A stretch of 64,000 bases of DNA, taken from the NCBI GenBank assembly GCA_045631745.1, contig JAZQVI010000068.1, forward strand, positions 852-64,851. The letters run 5' to 3'. Under the pieces are notes generated by a model, which was not told the DNA's origin, did no database searches, and was given only the letters and a program-made list of their open reading frames with translations. Each line of letters begins with the position of its first letter. The stretch's first letter is position 1. Below, one piece after another: positions 37,391 to 46,276 of the stretch. The translations under genes were made by a program, and so were the position numbers. The DNA comes from Eubacteriales bacterium. GTDB taxonomy: Bacteria; Bacillota; Clostridia; Oscillospirales; CAG-272.

Positions 37391-39886
37391 TTATAAATTC
37401 GACGGATTGAAATCTATGCTGACGTGGATGCGTTTTCCGCATCCGTTCAAAAATCTGCACAGAAGGTCTCCAAACATCTCCATCGTCTGCTTGGTCAGGC
37501 GGCATTTGATCACCATTCTCATGCGGTATCGGTTATCCACGCGATACACCGGTGCCTCGAATGGGCCAAACGTCACAAGCTCGACCGATTGGTATTTTTC
37601 TTCCTTCCGAATCGTCCCCAGCTCCTCGTAAAGCTTTTTGGTCGCCATCAGAAGCTCATTCTCCAGGGTTCCGCTCACCGTCAGAAGCGCAATGTCACAG
37701 GTCGGCGGAAAACAAAGCAGTCTGCGCAAACGCACCTCACGCTCGTAGAAGGTGGGATAATCCTGCGCACTCGCCAGCGCGATGATCTCACTGTCGGGAT
37801 TGTTTGTCTGAATGATGGCCCTGCCGGGGCGATCTCCTCGACCCGCACGGCCGATCACCTGTGTCAACATGGAAAAGGTGCGCTCCGAGGCGCGATAATC
37901 GTCTAAATACAGCGACGCGTCTGCAAGCAAAACGCCCACCAGCGTCACATTCGGAAAGTCATGTCCCTTTGTCACCATCTGCGTTCCAAGCAGAATATCC
38001 GCCTCTCCTCGGCGGAATTTTCCAAGCATCTGCTCATAAGCACTCTTGCTCGCGGTGGTATCCGCATCCATACGGAGCACCCGCGCGTGCGGGAACAATT
38101 CTCCCAGCTCCTCCTCCACGCGTTGCGTTCCGTAACCGATGTGTCCAAGATGCGTCGAGTGGCACTCGGGACACTCCCGCGGAAGCTCCTTTTTCACACC
38201 ACACCAATGGCAGACCATCTGTCCCTCGGAATAACTCCACTTGGAGGTATGGTAGGTCATGGCAACCGAGCAGTTGGGGCAGGTTATGGGCTTGCCGCAG
38301 CTGCGGCAGGTCACCGTGCGGTGGTATCCCCGTCTGTTGAGGAACAGAACCGCCTGCTCTCCCTTCCCAAGCGTCTCTCTTAAAGCACCAATCAGTTCAC
38401 CCGACAATTCGGATGTGTTTCCGTTTTTTAGCTCTGCGCGCATATCGGTCACGGTTACCTCCGGGAGCTTCGCTTCGCCAAAACGGTTTTTGAGCTCTAC
38501 CAATGTGTAAACGCCGTCCTTCGCTTTTTTGTAACTCTCCAGCGAAGGGGTTGCAGACGCCAAAAGCATCAACGCGCGATGATGTGCACAGCGATATCTC
38601 GCAACGTCCTTGGTGTGATATTTGGGATTCTGATCGGACTTATAGGTGTGCTCCTGCTCCTCGTCAATGATGATCGCACCCAAATTTTGCACCGGTGCAA
38701 AGACCGCAGAACGGGTTCCGATCACGACATCTGCCTCTCCCCGTTTGATGCGGCAATAGGCATCGTACCGCTCTCCTGTCGAGAGCGCGGAATGAATGAC
38801 CGCAACGCGGTTTCCGTAGCGTGCGCAGAAAATCGACACCGACTGAGGGGTAAGTGCGATCTCGGGCAAAAGCACGATGACGCCTTTGCCATGCTCCAAA
38901 AGGCGGTCGATCAGGGCGGTCATTACCCTCGTTTTACCGCTTCCCGTCACGCCGTGCAAAAGTGCCGCCTTAGGCTCCCCGCAAAGTGCCAGCTGACAAA
39001 GTGTCTCCGCCGCTTCCGATTGCTCCTCACTTAAGGTCTGAGGCGTCTGCCCCACAAAGGGCGTTTCGGTGTAGGGGTTTCGGTTCACACAGCGATCCTC
39101 CCCATAGATCAGTCCCTTTGTCTGCATCGCCTTAATCTGCGCCGACGTCACATCGGCGCGGACAATGAGCTCCGCCTGAGAAAGCGCTGCTCCCTCTTCA
39201 ATCAGCGTCGCCAAAATGTTTTTATGGTTGATGGAGGAGAGCCTCACGCCCTCCCACGTCTTTCCGTCGATCAGCTCCCGAGCGGCATCGACAGATACCG
39301 CCAAAGACCAGTATCGCTCCAGCTTTCCCTCTCTCGCTTCCTCGAATACAATTCTGCGGTTGAGAACTCCCATGCTTGCCAAACGCCGCGCAACACTTTC
39401 CGCGCGAACGTCAAGCTTCTCACGCAGACGGGCAAGCGATGTCTCGCCAAACTCCTGTAAATACCGATATACGAACAAATCCGACGATCTGATCTCGTCG
39501 GAGTTGCTCACTATGGACGGATTCACCGAATACAGCTCCGAAAGCCTTGTCAGAGCAGATGTCGGAACCATTGCGCGCACGGCATCTCCCGTGGAGCAAA
39601 GCGTTCTGCCGCGAAGAAAGGAGGCCAGCCCCATCATTTCCTCCCCGATCGCAATGCTCTCGGGGCAAAGATGACGGATCATTTTCAGATCCTTGTATTC
39701 CGAAGAATCTCTGATCTGAGTCACCAGCGCCGCACGAAGCTGATTGCGGATTCCGAATGGAACCATTACAAAGCTTCCCGGCACAACCGCATCCTTCATT
39801 TCGGGCGGAATGATGTAGTCATAGACCACATCAATGTGATAGGGGGTGTCCAGCATACGGACGCCCGCGCAAAAGCAGTTTTTCAC
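37391..39886 (-). CDS. priA: Primosomal protein N' (replication restart helicase PriA)
   Basis: 831 aa. Walker A GVTGSGKT, DEEQEH, zinc-binding CxxC pairs (CRSCGKPITCPNCS...CHWCG...CPEC). Start is GTG 39886 or ATG 39856. Confidence 0.9.
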   Translation of the reverse strand: MKNCFCAGVRMLDTPYHIDVVYDYIIPPEMKDAVVPGSFVMVPFGIRNQLRAALVTQIRDSSEYKDLKMIRHLCPESIAIGEEMMGLASFLRGRTLCSTGDAVRAMVPTSALTRLSELYSVNPSIVSNSDEIRSSDLFVYRYLQEFGETSLARLREKLDVRAESVARRLASMGVLNRRIVFEEAREGKLERYWSLAVSVDAARELIDGKTWEGVRLSSINHKNILATLIEEGAALSQAELIVRADVTSAQIKAMQTKGLIYGEDRCVNRNPYTETPFVGQTPQTLSEEQSEAAETLCQLALCGEPKAALLHGVTGSGKTRVMTALIDRLLEHGKGVIVLLPEIALTPQSVSIFCARYGNRVAVIHSALSTGERYDAYCRIKRGEADVVIGTRSAVFAPVQNLGAIIIDEEQEHTYKSDQNPKYHTKDVARYRCAHHRALMLLASATPSLESYKKAKDGVYTLVELKNRFGEAKLPEVTVTDMRAELKNGNTSELSGELIGALRETLGKGEQAVLFLNRRGYHRTVTCRSCGKPITCPNCSVAMTYHTSKWSYSEGQMVCHWCGVKKELPRECPECHSTHLGHIGYGTQRVEEELGELFPHARVLRMDADTTASKSAYEQMLGKFRRGEADILLGTQMVTKGHDFPNVTLVGVLLADASLYLDDYRASERTFSMLTQVIGRAGRGDRPGRAIIQTNNPDSEIIALASAQDYPTFYEREVRLRRLLCFPPTCDIALLTVSGTLENELLMATKKLYEELGTIRKEEKYQSVELVTFGPFEAPVYRVDNRYRMRMVIKCRLTKQTMEMFGDLLCRFLNGCGKRIHVSIDFNPSNL

Positions 39887-39895
39887 AACAAGCGA

Positions 39896-40213
39896 TCAGA
39901 GCGCTTCCGCTTCAGACGCATCCTCGGCTTCGTCAGTCTCTTCCTCTTTTTCAGTTTCCTTCTCTCCGGCATGCTCGTCAATCTCATAGATACCGTTGTA
40001 AAGTCTGCTGATAGCGACCTTCACTGCCTTCTCATCACGCAGCTCGCGGTCAACACCGCCCGACTCCTTACCGTTTGCGGAGGGGCGCTCCGAATTGTCG
40101 CGCTGCTCTACGTATTCCTCTGTGATAATACGTGCGCACTTTGCAGTAGCAAGTGCCAGCTCATAGCGGTTGTACTTTCCGCGTGTCAGTTCGTCAATGG
40201 TTGGATGCAACAT
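39896..40213 (-). CDS. rpoZ: DNA-directed RNA polymerase subunit omega with acidic C-terminal extension
   Basis: MLHPTIDELTRGKYNRYELALATAKCARII. Conserved position after gmk. Confidence 0.85.
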   Translation of the reverse strand: MLHPTIDELTRGKYNRYELALATAKCARIITEEYVEQRDNSERPSANGKESGGVDRELRDEKAVKVAISRLYNGIYEIDEHAGEKETEKEEETDEAEDASEAEAL

Positions 40214-40257
40214 AATTCTTTGATCTCCTTGTATATCGATTGTTTTTATTTTCTATG

Positions 40258-40875
40258 TTACTTGGCAATTCCGAAGAAATTGCCCTTGGCTTCGGGATTG
40301 CGACGCATCGCGTTTTTCTCTGCGCGAACGATTCCCTCGATCTCCTGCGCACACTCCTCTGCCCGTCCGTCGTAATTATACACTACATAGTCATACTCCG
40401 AGAGATATTCCATCTCCTCCTTCGTGCGATCCAAACGGCGTCTGATGACATCCTCCGTCTCGGTCGCGCGCCCGCGAAGTCGCTCTTCCTGAACCGCATA
40501 AGAAGGGGGAAGCAGCATGATCAAAACAGCAGAATCGGGGCAAAGACGCTTGATGTTCATCGCACCCTCTACCTCAATTTCCAAAATCAGATTCTTTCCG
40601 CTCTCGAGTACCGCCTCGGTCTCTCTTTTGAGGGTGCCGTAGAAGTTTCCGCAATACTCGGTGTATTCCAGGAGATCCCCCTTTTGAATCCGATCCTTAA
40701 ACTCCTCAACGGATATGTAATGGTAGTTTACTCCGTCCACCTCGCCCGGCCGCGGCGCGCGCGTGGTAGCGGAAACAGAGAAGGCATAGTCTGGATGATC
40801 CATCAAAATGCGGTTTACCGTTCCCTTACCGCTTCCGGCGGGGCCCGAAATGACAACCAGCAATCCTTTTTTCAT
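40258..40875 (-). CDS. gmk: Guanylate kinase
   Basis: Part of ORF 40258..40953; start ATG 40875 (MKKGLLVVISGPAGSGKGTV) with GGAG upstream. Confidence 0.92.
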   Translation of the reverse strand: MKKGLLVVISGPAGSGKGTVNRILMDHPDYAFSVSATTRAPRPGEVDGVNYHYISVEEFKDRIQKGDLLEYTEYCGNFYGTLKRETEAVLESGKNLILEIEVEGAMNIKRLCPDSAVLIMLLPPSYAVQEERLRGRATETEDVIRRRLDRTKEEMEYLSEYDYVVYNYDGRAEECAQEIEGIVRAEKNAMRRNPEAKGNFFGIAK

Positions 40876-40891
40876 AGGCGTCTCCATTCTT

Positions 40892-41164
40892 TTATTCCTC
40901 TTCGCAGTCATCCAGATCGTCCGACGCATCGCTGTTCTCCAAACGGTTTGCAATGGTCTCGGTCTGAATCGCGGACAGGATCACATGCTCCGAATCGGTA
41001 ATGATCGCCGCACGCGTTCTTCTGCCGCAGGTCACGTCGATGGCGCGTCCGTCATCCTTGGAATCCTGGATCAGACGCTTGATAGGTGCGGAGTCGGGGC
41101 TCGCCAGAGCAACTACGCGGTCTGCCGCCACCATATTTCCAAACCCTACGTTGATGAATTTCAT
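40892..41164 (-). CDS. remA: RemA (DUF370) extracellular-matrix/biofilm regulatory protein
   Basis: [33 protein letters not shown]... 90 aa, located between yicC and gmk as in Bacillus. Confidence 0.85.
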   Translation of the reverse strand: MKFINVGFGNMVAADRVVALASPDSAPIKRLIQDSKDDGRAIDVTCGRRTRAAIITDSEHVILSAIQTETIANRLENSDASDDLDDCEEE

Positions 41165-41176
41165 AATAAGACTCCT

Positions 41177-42064
41177 TTATTCCAGATTCTGAATCTGTTC
41201 TCTGATTTTTTCAAGCTCGCACTTCATGTCAACAACCAAGCGAGCGATCTCTGCATTGTTGCACTTCGATCCGGTCGTGTTGACCTCTCGGTTCATTTCC
41301 TGCAGCAAAAAGTCCAGCTTTCTTCCCACCGGCTCACCCGATGTGAGAATCGTCTCAAACGCTTCAAAGTGCGCCCGTAACCGAACAAGCTCCTCGTCTA
41401 CCGCAACCTTGTCTGCAAAAATGGCACACTCGGTCAGGATCCTGCTCTCATCGGGCTGGATGCGGTTGTCCGCCAACGCATCGCGGATCTTCTCTGCCAA
41501 GCGTTCTCTGTAATGAAGGATGCTGTCCTGCGAAAGGCTCTCAACCTGATCCACGCACGCTTTGATATTCTCCATCTTGGCGCGGATATCCGAAGCAAGA
41601 AGTTCACCTTCGCGCTCCCGCACTGCCAAAAACGCATCAACCGCAGGTGCGAGAACCGACAACAGCTCCTGCCAATCCTTCTCCACATCCTCCTGCGGCT
41701 TTCGGATCAAGAAGATCTGCTGATTCCTTGCACCCGACATCACCGAGATATCATCCTTCAAGCCGTATCCGTCTCGCAGCCGCTCAAGTGCCGAAAGATA
41801 TCCCTTGAGGTACGCATCGTCAAGCTCCACGCAAACGCCCTCGGAATCCACGTTCTCAACGCCGACCCAAACGTCAACCTTTCCTCTGGAGATTCCCCTT
41901 GCCTGCAAATAGGGCTTGATACGCTCCTCAAGATATCCGACAGCACGGCTGATCTTCACCGAGCAATCGAGATACCGACTGTTTACCGCTTTGATCTCTA
42001 CCGTGATGTCTCTGCCCGAGCGTTCCTCACGGCATCTGCCAAATCCGGTCATGCTCCGTATCAT
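41177..42064 (-). CDS. yicC: YicC/YloC-family stress-induced protein (endoribonuclease)
   Basis: MIRSMTGFGR..., C-terminal NREVNTTGSK, 295 aa. Confidence 0.85.
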   Translation of the reverse strand: MIRSMTGFGRCREERSGRDITVEIKAVNSRYLDCSVKISRAVGYLEERIKPYLQARGISRGKVDVWVGVENVDSEGVCVELDDAYLKGYLSALERLRDGYGLKDDISVMSGARNQQIFLIRKPQEDVEKDWQELLSVLAPAVDAFLAVREREGELLASDIRAKMENIKACVDQVESLSQDSILHYRERLAEKIRDALADNRIQPDESRILTECAIFADKVAVDEELVRLRAHFEAFETILTSGEPVGRKLDFLLQEMNREVNTTGSKCNNAEIARLVVDMKCELEKIREQIQNLE

Positions 42065-42100
42065 AATCTCCCTCCTCTCTGAAAATGACTATACACATCT

Positions 42101-42129
42101 ATTTTACTTCTTTTTCATTTAAAAGTCAA
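42101..42129 (-). promoter_or_regulatory. sigma-A type promoter upstream of yicC
   Basis: Minus strand TTGACT, 17-nt spacer, TAAAAT. Confidence 0.45.
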
Positions 42130-42173
42130 CTGTTTTATTAAAATTTATATTTAAAAAGGGATAGACGCCCAAT

Positions 42174-43190
42174 TCAACTTTTCCCGCCGCATGAGCTCTG
42201 ATTCAGTTCAGCAAGCTGATCCAAAAGCGCCGCAACCGTCAGCTTTGCGGGAGAGAGGTGTGCCATTCCGTGCGCCCTGCAAAAAGAGGCAAGCTTTCTC
42301 TCCTCCTCAAACGGAGAGATCGCCAATGCTTCAACGCCTGTCATAGATGCAAAAACCAGGGCATGGAGTCTCATGGAGATCAGAAAACAGGCCCCCGATA
42401 GGATGGACAACGCCTCCCTTGCCTCATGCGGATAAAAGGTTATTCCCCCCACCGAGCGGCAAACACCCTCGGACACATCAACATCGTGCCTCTTGTCAAA
42501 CAGCACGAACACGGGTGTCAAATCACATTCCCTCAAAAATAATCGAAGGGTGGAGGACAGCTTCCCAAGACTCGCGCCGTGCGGAGTGTAATCCTGCCTT
42601 ACCACCACACAAAAATAGGGTTTTTTCTGTAATCCAAGCATTTTTCTTGCAAAAAACAGCCAAGATGCAGGCAGAAGTTCCAACCGCATCGCGGGATCCT
42701 GTACAAGTAAAACTCTCTGCCGATCAAACCCACGGGTCAACAGAAAATGCTCGGACTCGTGATCGCGAACCTCAATCCGCTCACAACCCCTCAGTGTCCA
42801 AATCACAAGACGCTCTGCAAATTTTCCTCTCACCGGCCCAATTCCAGAGGACATGAGCTCGGTTTTGCAGCCGCAAAGCCGAGCGAGCCACAGTAGCGTC
42901 AGATAATAAAAAAGCGACAGATTGCCCGTGGCATTTTGCAAAAGAGACCCTCCTCCACACACAAACACCTTCGATCGTAAAAAACAAACCATTACCGAAA
43001 AAGGATTTTTTCTTCCGACACACTTCACACCAAACCTTCGGCTGTCCCATCGTGGTCGCCCGGACAAAACAATCGTCCGCAAACGCCTTTGCGCCGCCGG
43101 GAGCCCCTTGAGATACCCCTCAAGAATGGCATCGTCGCCGATATTTGAGCACCCCGCATATCCTCCAATGCAAAGATCATATTTTCTCAT
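42174..43190 (-). CDS. csaB: Polysaccharide pyruvyl transferase (CsaB-like)
   Basis: Part of ORF 42174..43214; start ATG 43190 forms an ATGA overlap with the upstream GT4 stop. MRKYDLCIGGYAGCSNIGDDAILEGYL. Confidence 0.65.
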   Translation of the reverse strand: MRKYDLCIGGYAGCSNIGDDAILEGYLKGLPAAQRRLRTIVLSGRPRWDSRRFGVKCVGRKNPFSVMVCFLRSKVFVCGGGSLLQNATGNLSLFYYLTLLWLARLCGCKTELMSSGIGPVRGKFAERLVIWTLRGCERIEVRDHESEHFLLTRGFDRQRVLLVQDPAMRLELLPASWLFFARKMLGLQKKPYFCVVVRQDYTPHGASLGKLSSTLRLFLRECDLTPVFVLFDKRHDVDVSEGVCRSVGGITFYPHEAREALSILSGACFLISMRLHALVFASMTGVEALAISPFEEERKLASFCRAHGMAHLSPAKLTVAALLDQLAELNQSSCGGKS

Positions 43191-44296
43191 GCCATTTCTC
43201 CTTCCGTGTCGCACAAAGCACCATAAACGTCACGCGTCAGACGCGCAGTCTCCGCGGCATTTCGGTTTTTCTCCACCCACACCCTTCCGAGTTCCGAAAG
43301 GAGCATGGTCTTGCGCTCGTTTTTCAAAAGAGCTCGCAGCTCTCGCTCCAGCCAATCGGCATTTGGCAAGGGTTCTCCCCTGGAGCAAAGATTGTCCACA
43401 TCGGCCATAAGACGCTCAAGCGTCAGAACGCCGCCCCGCCCCTCGTTTCCGCACAGAATGACGGCGCACCCGCACGCTGCGGCTTCCATCGCAGCTCTGG
43501 AGGCGCCTATAAAGATTCGGTGCTTTTGATACGCCGTCGCCATATCATCCACCGCTCCGAGCAGAATAATTGCATCACGTCCCACCGCTTTTCGGCACTC
43601 CCCATTCGCCTCTATTGCCAATCCCTTGATCCGATCCATCGCATCCCCTCCCCCTGCAATGGAAATCCGAAGAGAGGGGAACGTCCGTGCCAAACGCGGT
43701 GCGACCTCGCAAAGAAGCTCTGCGCCAAGCGAGCAATCCCCGTCCAATCGACTGGCAAAAAGAACCGTTTGGGGTTCCGCCAATTCCTTTGGAGGGCAAA
43801 AAACGCTGCAATCAATCCCGTTTGGAATAACCGAAACCGATTCGGCAGGAATCCCAAACACCTCGATCCCTCTCTGTCGAAGATCCTCGCTCACGGCAAT
43901 CGATTTTTCGGCACAAAAAGCAAGCCTCGAAAGCCATGGAAATTTTGGAAAAGCAGCATGAACGGTCACCACAAAGCCCGCCCTTCCCCCTCTTCCCGCC
44001 AATCCTCGCGCAAGGAGGGCCATCGTTCGGGTGTGGGCATGAAGAATATCATATTTTTCTCTCTCGATCAGCTTTTTCAAAGCACGCCTTGCCAAAAGAA
44101 ATCGCCACGGTGATCTCCCTATGGCGGCAACCTTCCGTTGTTTGATTCCCTTCCCCGCCATCCTTTCCGCAATTCTTCCCCCCGCCGAAAAGACCTCCAC
44201 GACTTCTCCTCCGTTGCAGAGTGCCAGCGCAAGCGCCTCCACGTGTGTCTCCGCGCCCCCGCTCTCCATTCGGTCGATCAGCATCAAAATTTTCAT
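43187..44296 (-). CDS. Glycosyltransferase, GT4 (GT-B fold) family
   Basis: Part of ORF 43187..44350; start ATG 44296 (MKILMLIDRMESGGAETHVEALA) preceded by GAGGAAG. Confidence 0.7.
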   Translation of the reverse strand: MKILMLIDRMESGGAETHVEALALALCNGGEVVEVFSAGGRIAERMAGKGIKQRKVAAIGRSPWRFLLARRALKKLIEREKYDILHAHTRTMALLARGLAGRGGRAGFVVTVHAAFPKFPWLSRLAFCAEKSIAVSEDLRQRGIEVFGIPAESVSVIPNGIDCSVFCPPKELAEPQTVLFASRLDGDCSLGAELLCEVAPRLARTFPSLRISIAGGGDAMDRIKGLAIEANGECRKAVGRDAIILLGAVDDMATAYQKHRIFIGASRAAMEAAACGCAVILCGNEGRGGVLTLERLMADVDNLCSRGEPLPNADWLERELRALLKNERKTMLLSELGRVWVEKNRNAAETARLTRDVYGALCDTEGEMA

Positions 44297-44365
44297 ATCT
44301 TCCTCTTTTCCAAAAGACTTTTGATGTAAAACCGCACGTTTTTTCCCCAATCTTTTTAAAATCCC

Positions 44366-44394
44366 TTGACAAACAGCGAAAAAGAGACTATACT
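44366..44394 (+). promoter_or_regulatory. sigma-A type promoter of the T-box leader
   Basis: TTGACA (44366-44371), 17-nt spacer, TATACT (44389-44394). Confidence 0.65.
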
Positions 44395-44399
44395 GTTAA

Positions 44400-44680
44400 A
44401 AAGATTGAAACCGACGAGAAAGCGGAGTAGCAACCGAGAGGTTTTGTGCAGAGAGCCACAGGCGGTGGGATTGTGGTCAAGGCGCGGCTGTGAATGGGCT
44501 TTTGAGGGCGAACCGAACGTCATCAGACCAGTAGGCTTCGACGGGGCGCGCTCCCGTTATCCACGGCGCCGCATATCATGGTATGCGCAAGGAGAATGCA
44601 AGTTATTCAAATTGCAATTCGGGTGGTACCGCAGGAATTTCGACCCCTGCCCCGTATTGGGGCAGGGGTCTGTCTTTTTC
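44400..44680 (+). promoter_or_regulatory. T-box riboswitch leader, probable Trp specifier (UGG)
   Basis: Stem I elements (GAGAAAGCGGAGTAG, GCAGAGAG, GGTGGGA). Candidate specifier GAA-UGG-G at 44492-44498. T-box sequence AATTCGGGTGGTACCGC at 44616-44632. Terminator gacccctgcccc/ggggcaggggtc plus U-tract at 44642-44679. Confidence 0.8.
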
Positions 44681-44726
44681 TGTTATGCGAAAAATGCAGT
44701 TCCCGGCAAGCAGAAAGGAAATCACA

Positions 44727-46100
44727 ATGGAAAACAAAAAAATCCCCTACAAAATTTATCTGGAAGAGGACGAGATGCCAAAGGCTTGGTATAACCTTCG
44801 CGCAGATATGAAAAACAAGCCCGCTCCCCTTCTCAATCCCGAAACGCTCAAGCCCATGACCGCAGAGGAACTCTCCCCCGTGTTCTGTGACGAGCTGATC
44901 GCCCAGGAGCTGGACGACACCACCGCTTATTTTGACATTCCCGAGGAGATCACCAGCTTCTATAAAATGTATCGTCCTTCCCCCTTAGTCCGCGCGTACT
45001 GTCTGGAGGAAAAACTACAAACCCCTGCAAAGATTTACTACAAGTTTGAGGGAAGCAACACCAGCGGAAGCCACAAACTCAACTCGGCAATCGCACAGGC
45101 ATACTACGCAAAGAAGCAAGGGCTCAAGGGCGTAACCACCGAGACGGGAGCAGGTCAATGGGGCACAGCGCTCTCGATGGCTTGCGCGTATCTCGGGCTT
45201 GACTGCAAGGTTTACATGGTAAAGTGCTCCTACGAGCAGAAACCCTTCCGCCGCGAGGTCATGCGCACCTACGGTGCGTCGGTTACCCCCTCTCCCTCGA
45301 TGGAGACCGAGGTGGGAAGAAAAATCCTTGCAGAGCACCCTGGCACCAACGGAAGCCTGGGCTGCGCTATCTCCGAGGCAGTTGAAAAGGCGGAGAGCCT
45401 GGAGGGCTACCGCTACGTTTTGGGAAGCGTGCTCAACCAGGTCATGCTCCACCAGACCGTCATCGGTTTGGAAACCAAGGCGGCAATGGATAAATACGGA
45501 ATCAAGCCCGATGTGATTATCGGATGCGCGGGCGGCGGCTCCAACCTCGGCGGACTGATCGCTCCCTTCATGGGTGAAAAGATCAGAGGAGAGGCAGACT
45601 ACCGCTTTATCGCCGTCGAGCCTGCATCCTGCCCCAGCCTTTCCAGAGGCGTTTACGCATACGATTATTGCGATACGGGAAAGGTTTGTCCCTTGGCAAA
45701 GATGTACACCCTCGGCAGCGGCTTTATGCCTGCGGCAACCCACGCGGGAGGACTTCGTTATCACGGCATGAACCCCATTCTTTCCCAGCTTCGTCACGAC
45801 GGACTTCTTGAGGCAGTTACCGTTCCCCAAACCTCTGTGTTCGAGGCAGCAGAGACCTTTGCACGCGTGGAAGGAATCCTTCCTGCCCCCGAGAGCTCCC
45901 ACGCCATCAAGATCGCCATCGACGAGGCGCTTAAATGCAAGGAAACAGGCGAAGAAAAGACCATTCTCTTCGGTCTGACCGGCACGGGTTACTTCGATAT
46001 GATGTCCTATGAGAAATTCCACGACGGCATCATGACCGACTATATCCCCAGCGACGAAGAGATTCAGGCGAACCTCGACAAGCTTCCGAAGGTCGACTGA
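44727..46100 (+). CDS. trpB2: TrpB2-type tryptophan synthase beta-like PLP enzyme (stand-alone)
   Basis: Part of ORF 44583..46100; start ATG 44727 (MENKKIPYKIYLEEDEMPKAWYN). KFEGSNTSGSHKLNSA (PLP lysine region) and GCAGGGSN. Confidence 0.8.
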   Translation: MENKKIPYKIYLEEDEMPKAWYNLRADMKNKPAPLLNPETLKPMTAEELSPVFCDELIAQELDDTTAYFDIPEEITSFYKMYRPSPLVRAYCLEEKLQTPAKIYYKFEGSNTSGSHKLNSAIAQAYYAKKQGLKGVTTETGAGQWGTALSMACAYLGLDCKVYMVKCSYEQKPFRREVMRTYGASVTPSPSMETEVGRKILAEHPGTNGSLGCAISEAVEKAESLEGYRYVLGSVLNQVMLHQTVIGLETKAAMDKYGIKPDVIIGCAGGGSNLGGLIAPFMGEKIRGEADYRFIAVEPASCPSLSRGVYAYDYCDTGKVCPLAKMYTLGSGFMPAATHAGGLRYHGMNPILSQLRHDGLLEAVTVPQTSVFEAAETFARVEGILPAPESSHAIKIAIDEALKCKETGEEKTILFGLTGTGYFDMMSYEKFHDGIMTDYIPSDEEIQANLDKLPKVD

Positions 46101-46105
46101 TCAAT

Positions 46106-46137
46106 AAAAAATCCCGTCACGGTGACGGGATTTTTTA
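46106..46137 (+). terminator. Intrinsic terminator after trpB2
   Basis: aaaaaatcccgtcac/gtgacgggatttttt. Confidence 0.75.
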
Positions 46138-46160
46138 TTTCCCACATTTCCGAAAAAAAC

Positions 46161-46189
46161 TTGAAAAAAACACTTATATAGTGTATAAT
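46161..46189 (+). promoter_or_regulatory. sigma-A type promoter of mnmG-rsmG
   Basis: TTGAAA, 17-nt spacer, TATAAT. Confidence 0.55.
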
Positions 46190-46276
46190 AGGATACAAGT
46201 ATGCCTTTTCAAAGGAAATCTTCTCCCTTTGTCGAAAGGCTAAAACCGCAATTTTTGTCTATTCGGGAGTAGTCGT

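Noticed and set aside
44557-44565. DnaA-box-like TTATCCACg at the divergent strand switch, hinting at oriC.
   Set aside because: It is a single 8/9 match lying inside a T-box leader. There is no cluster of boxes, no AT-rich unwinding element and no dnaA gene nearby.
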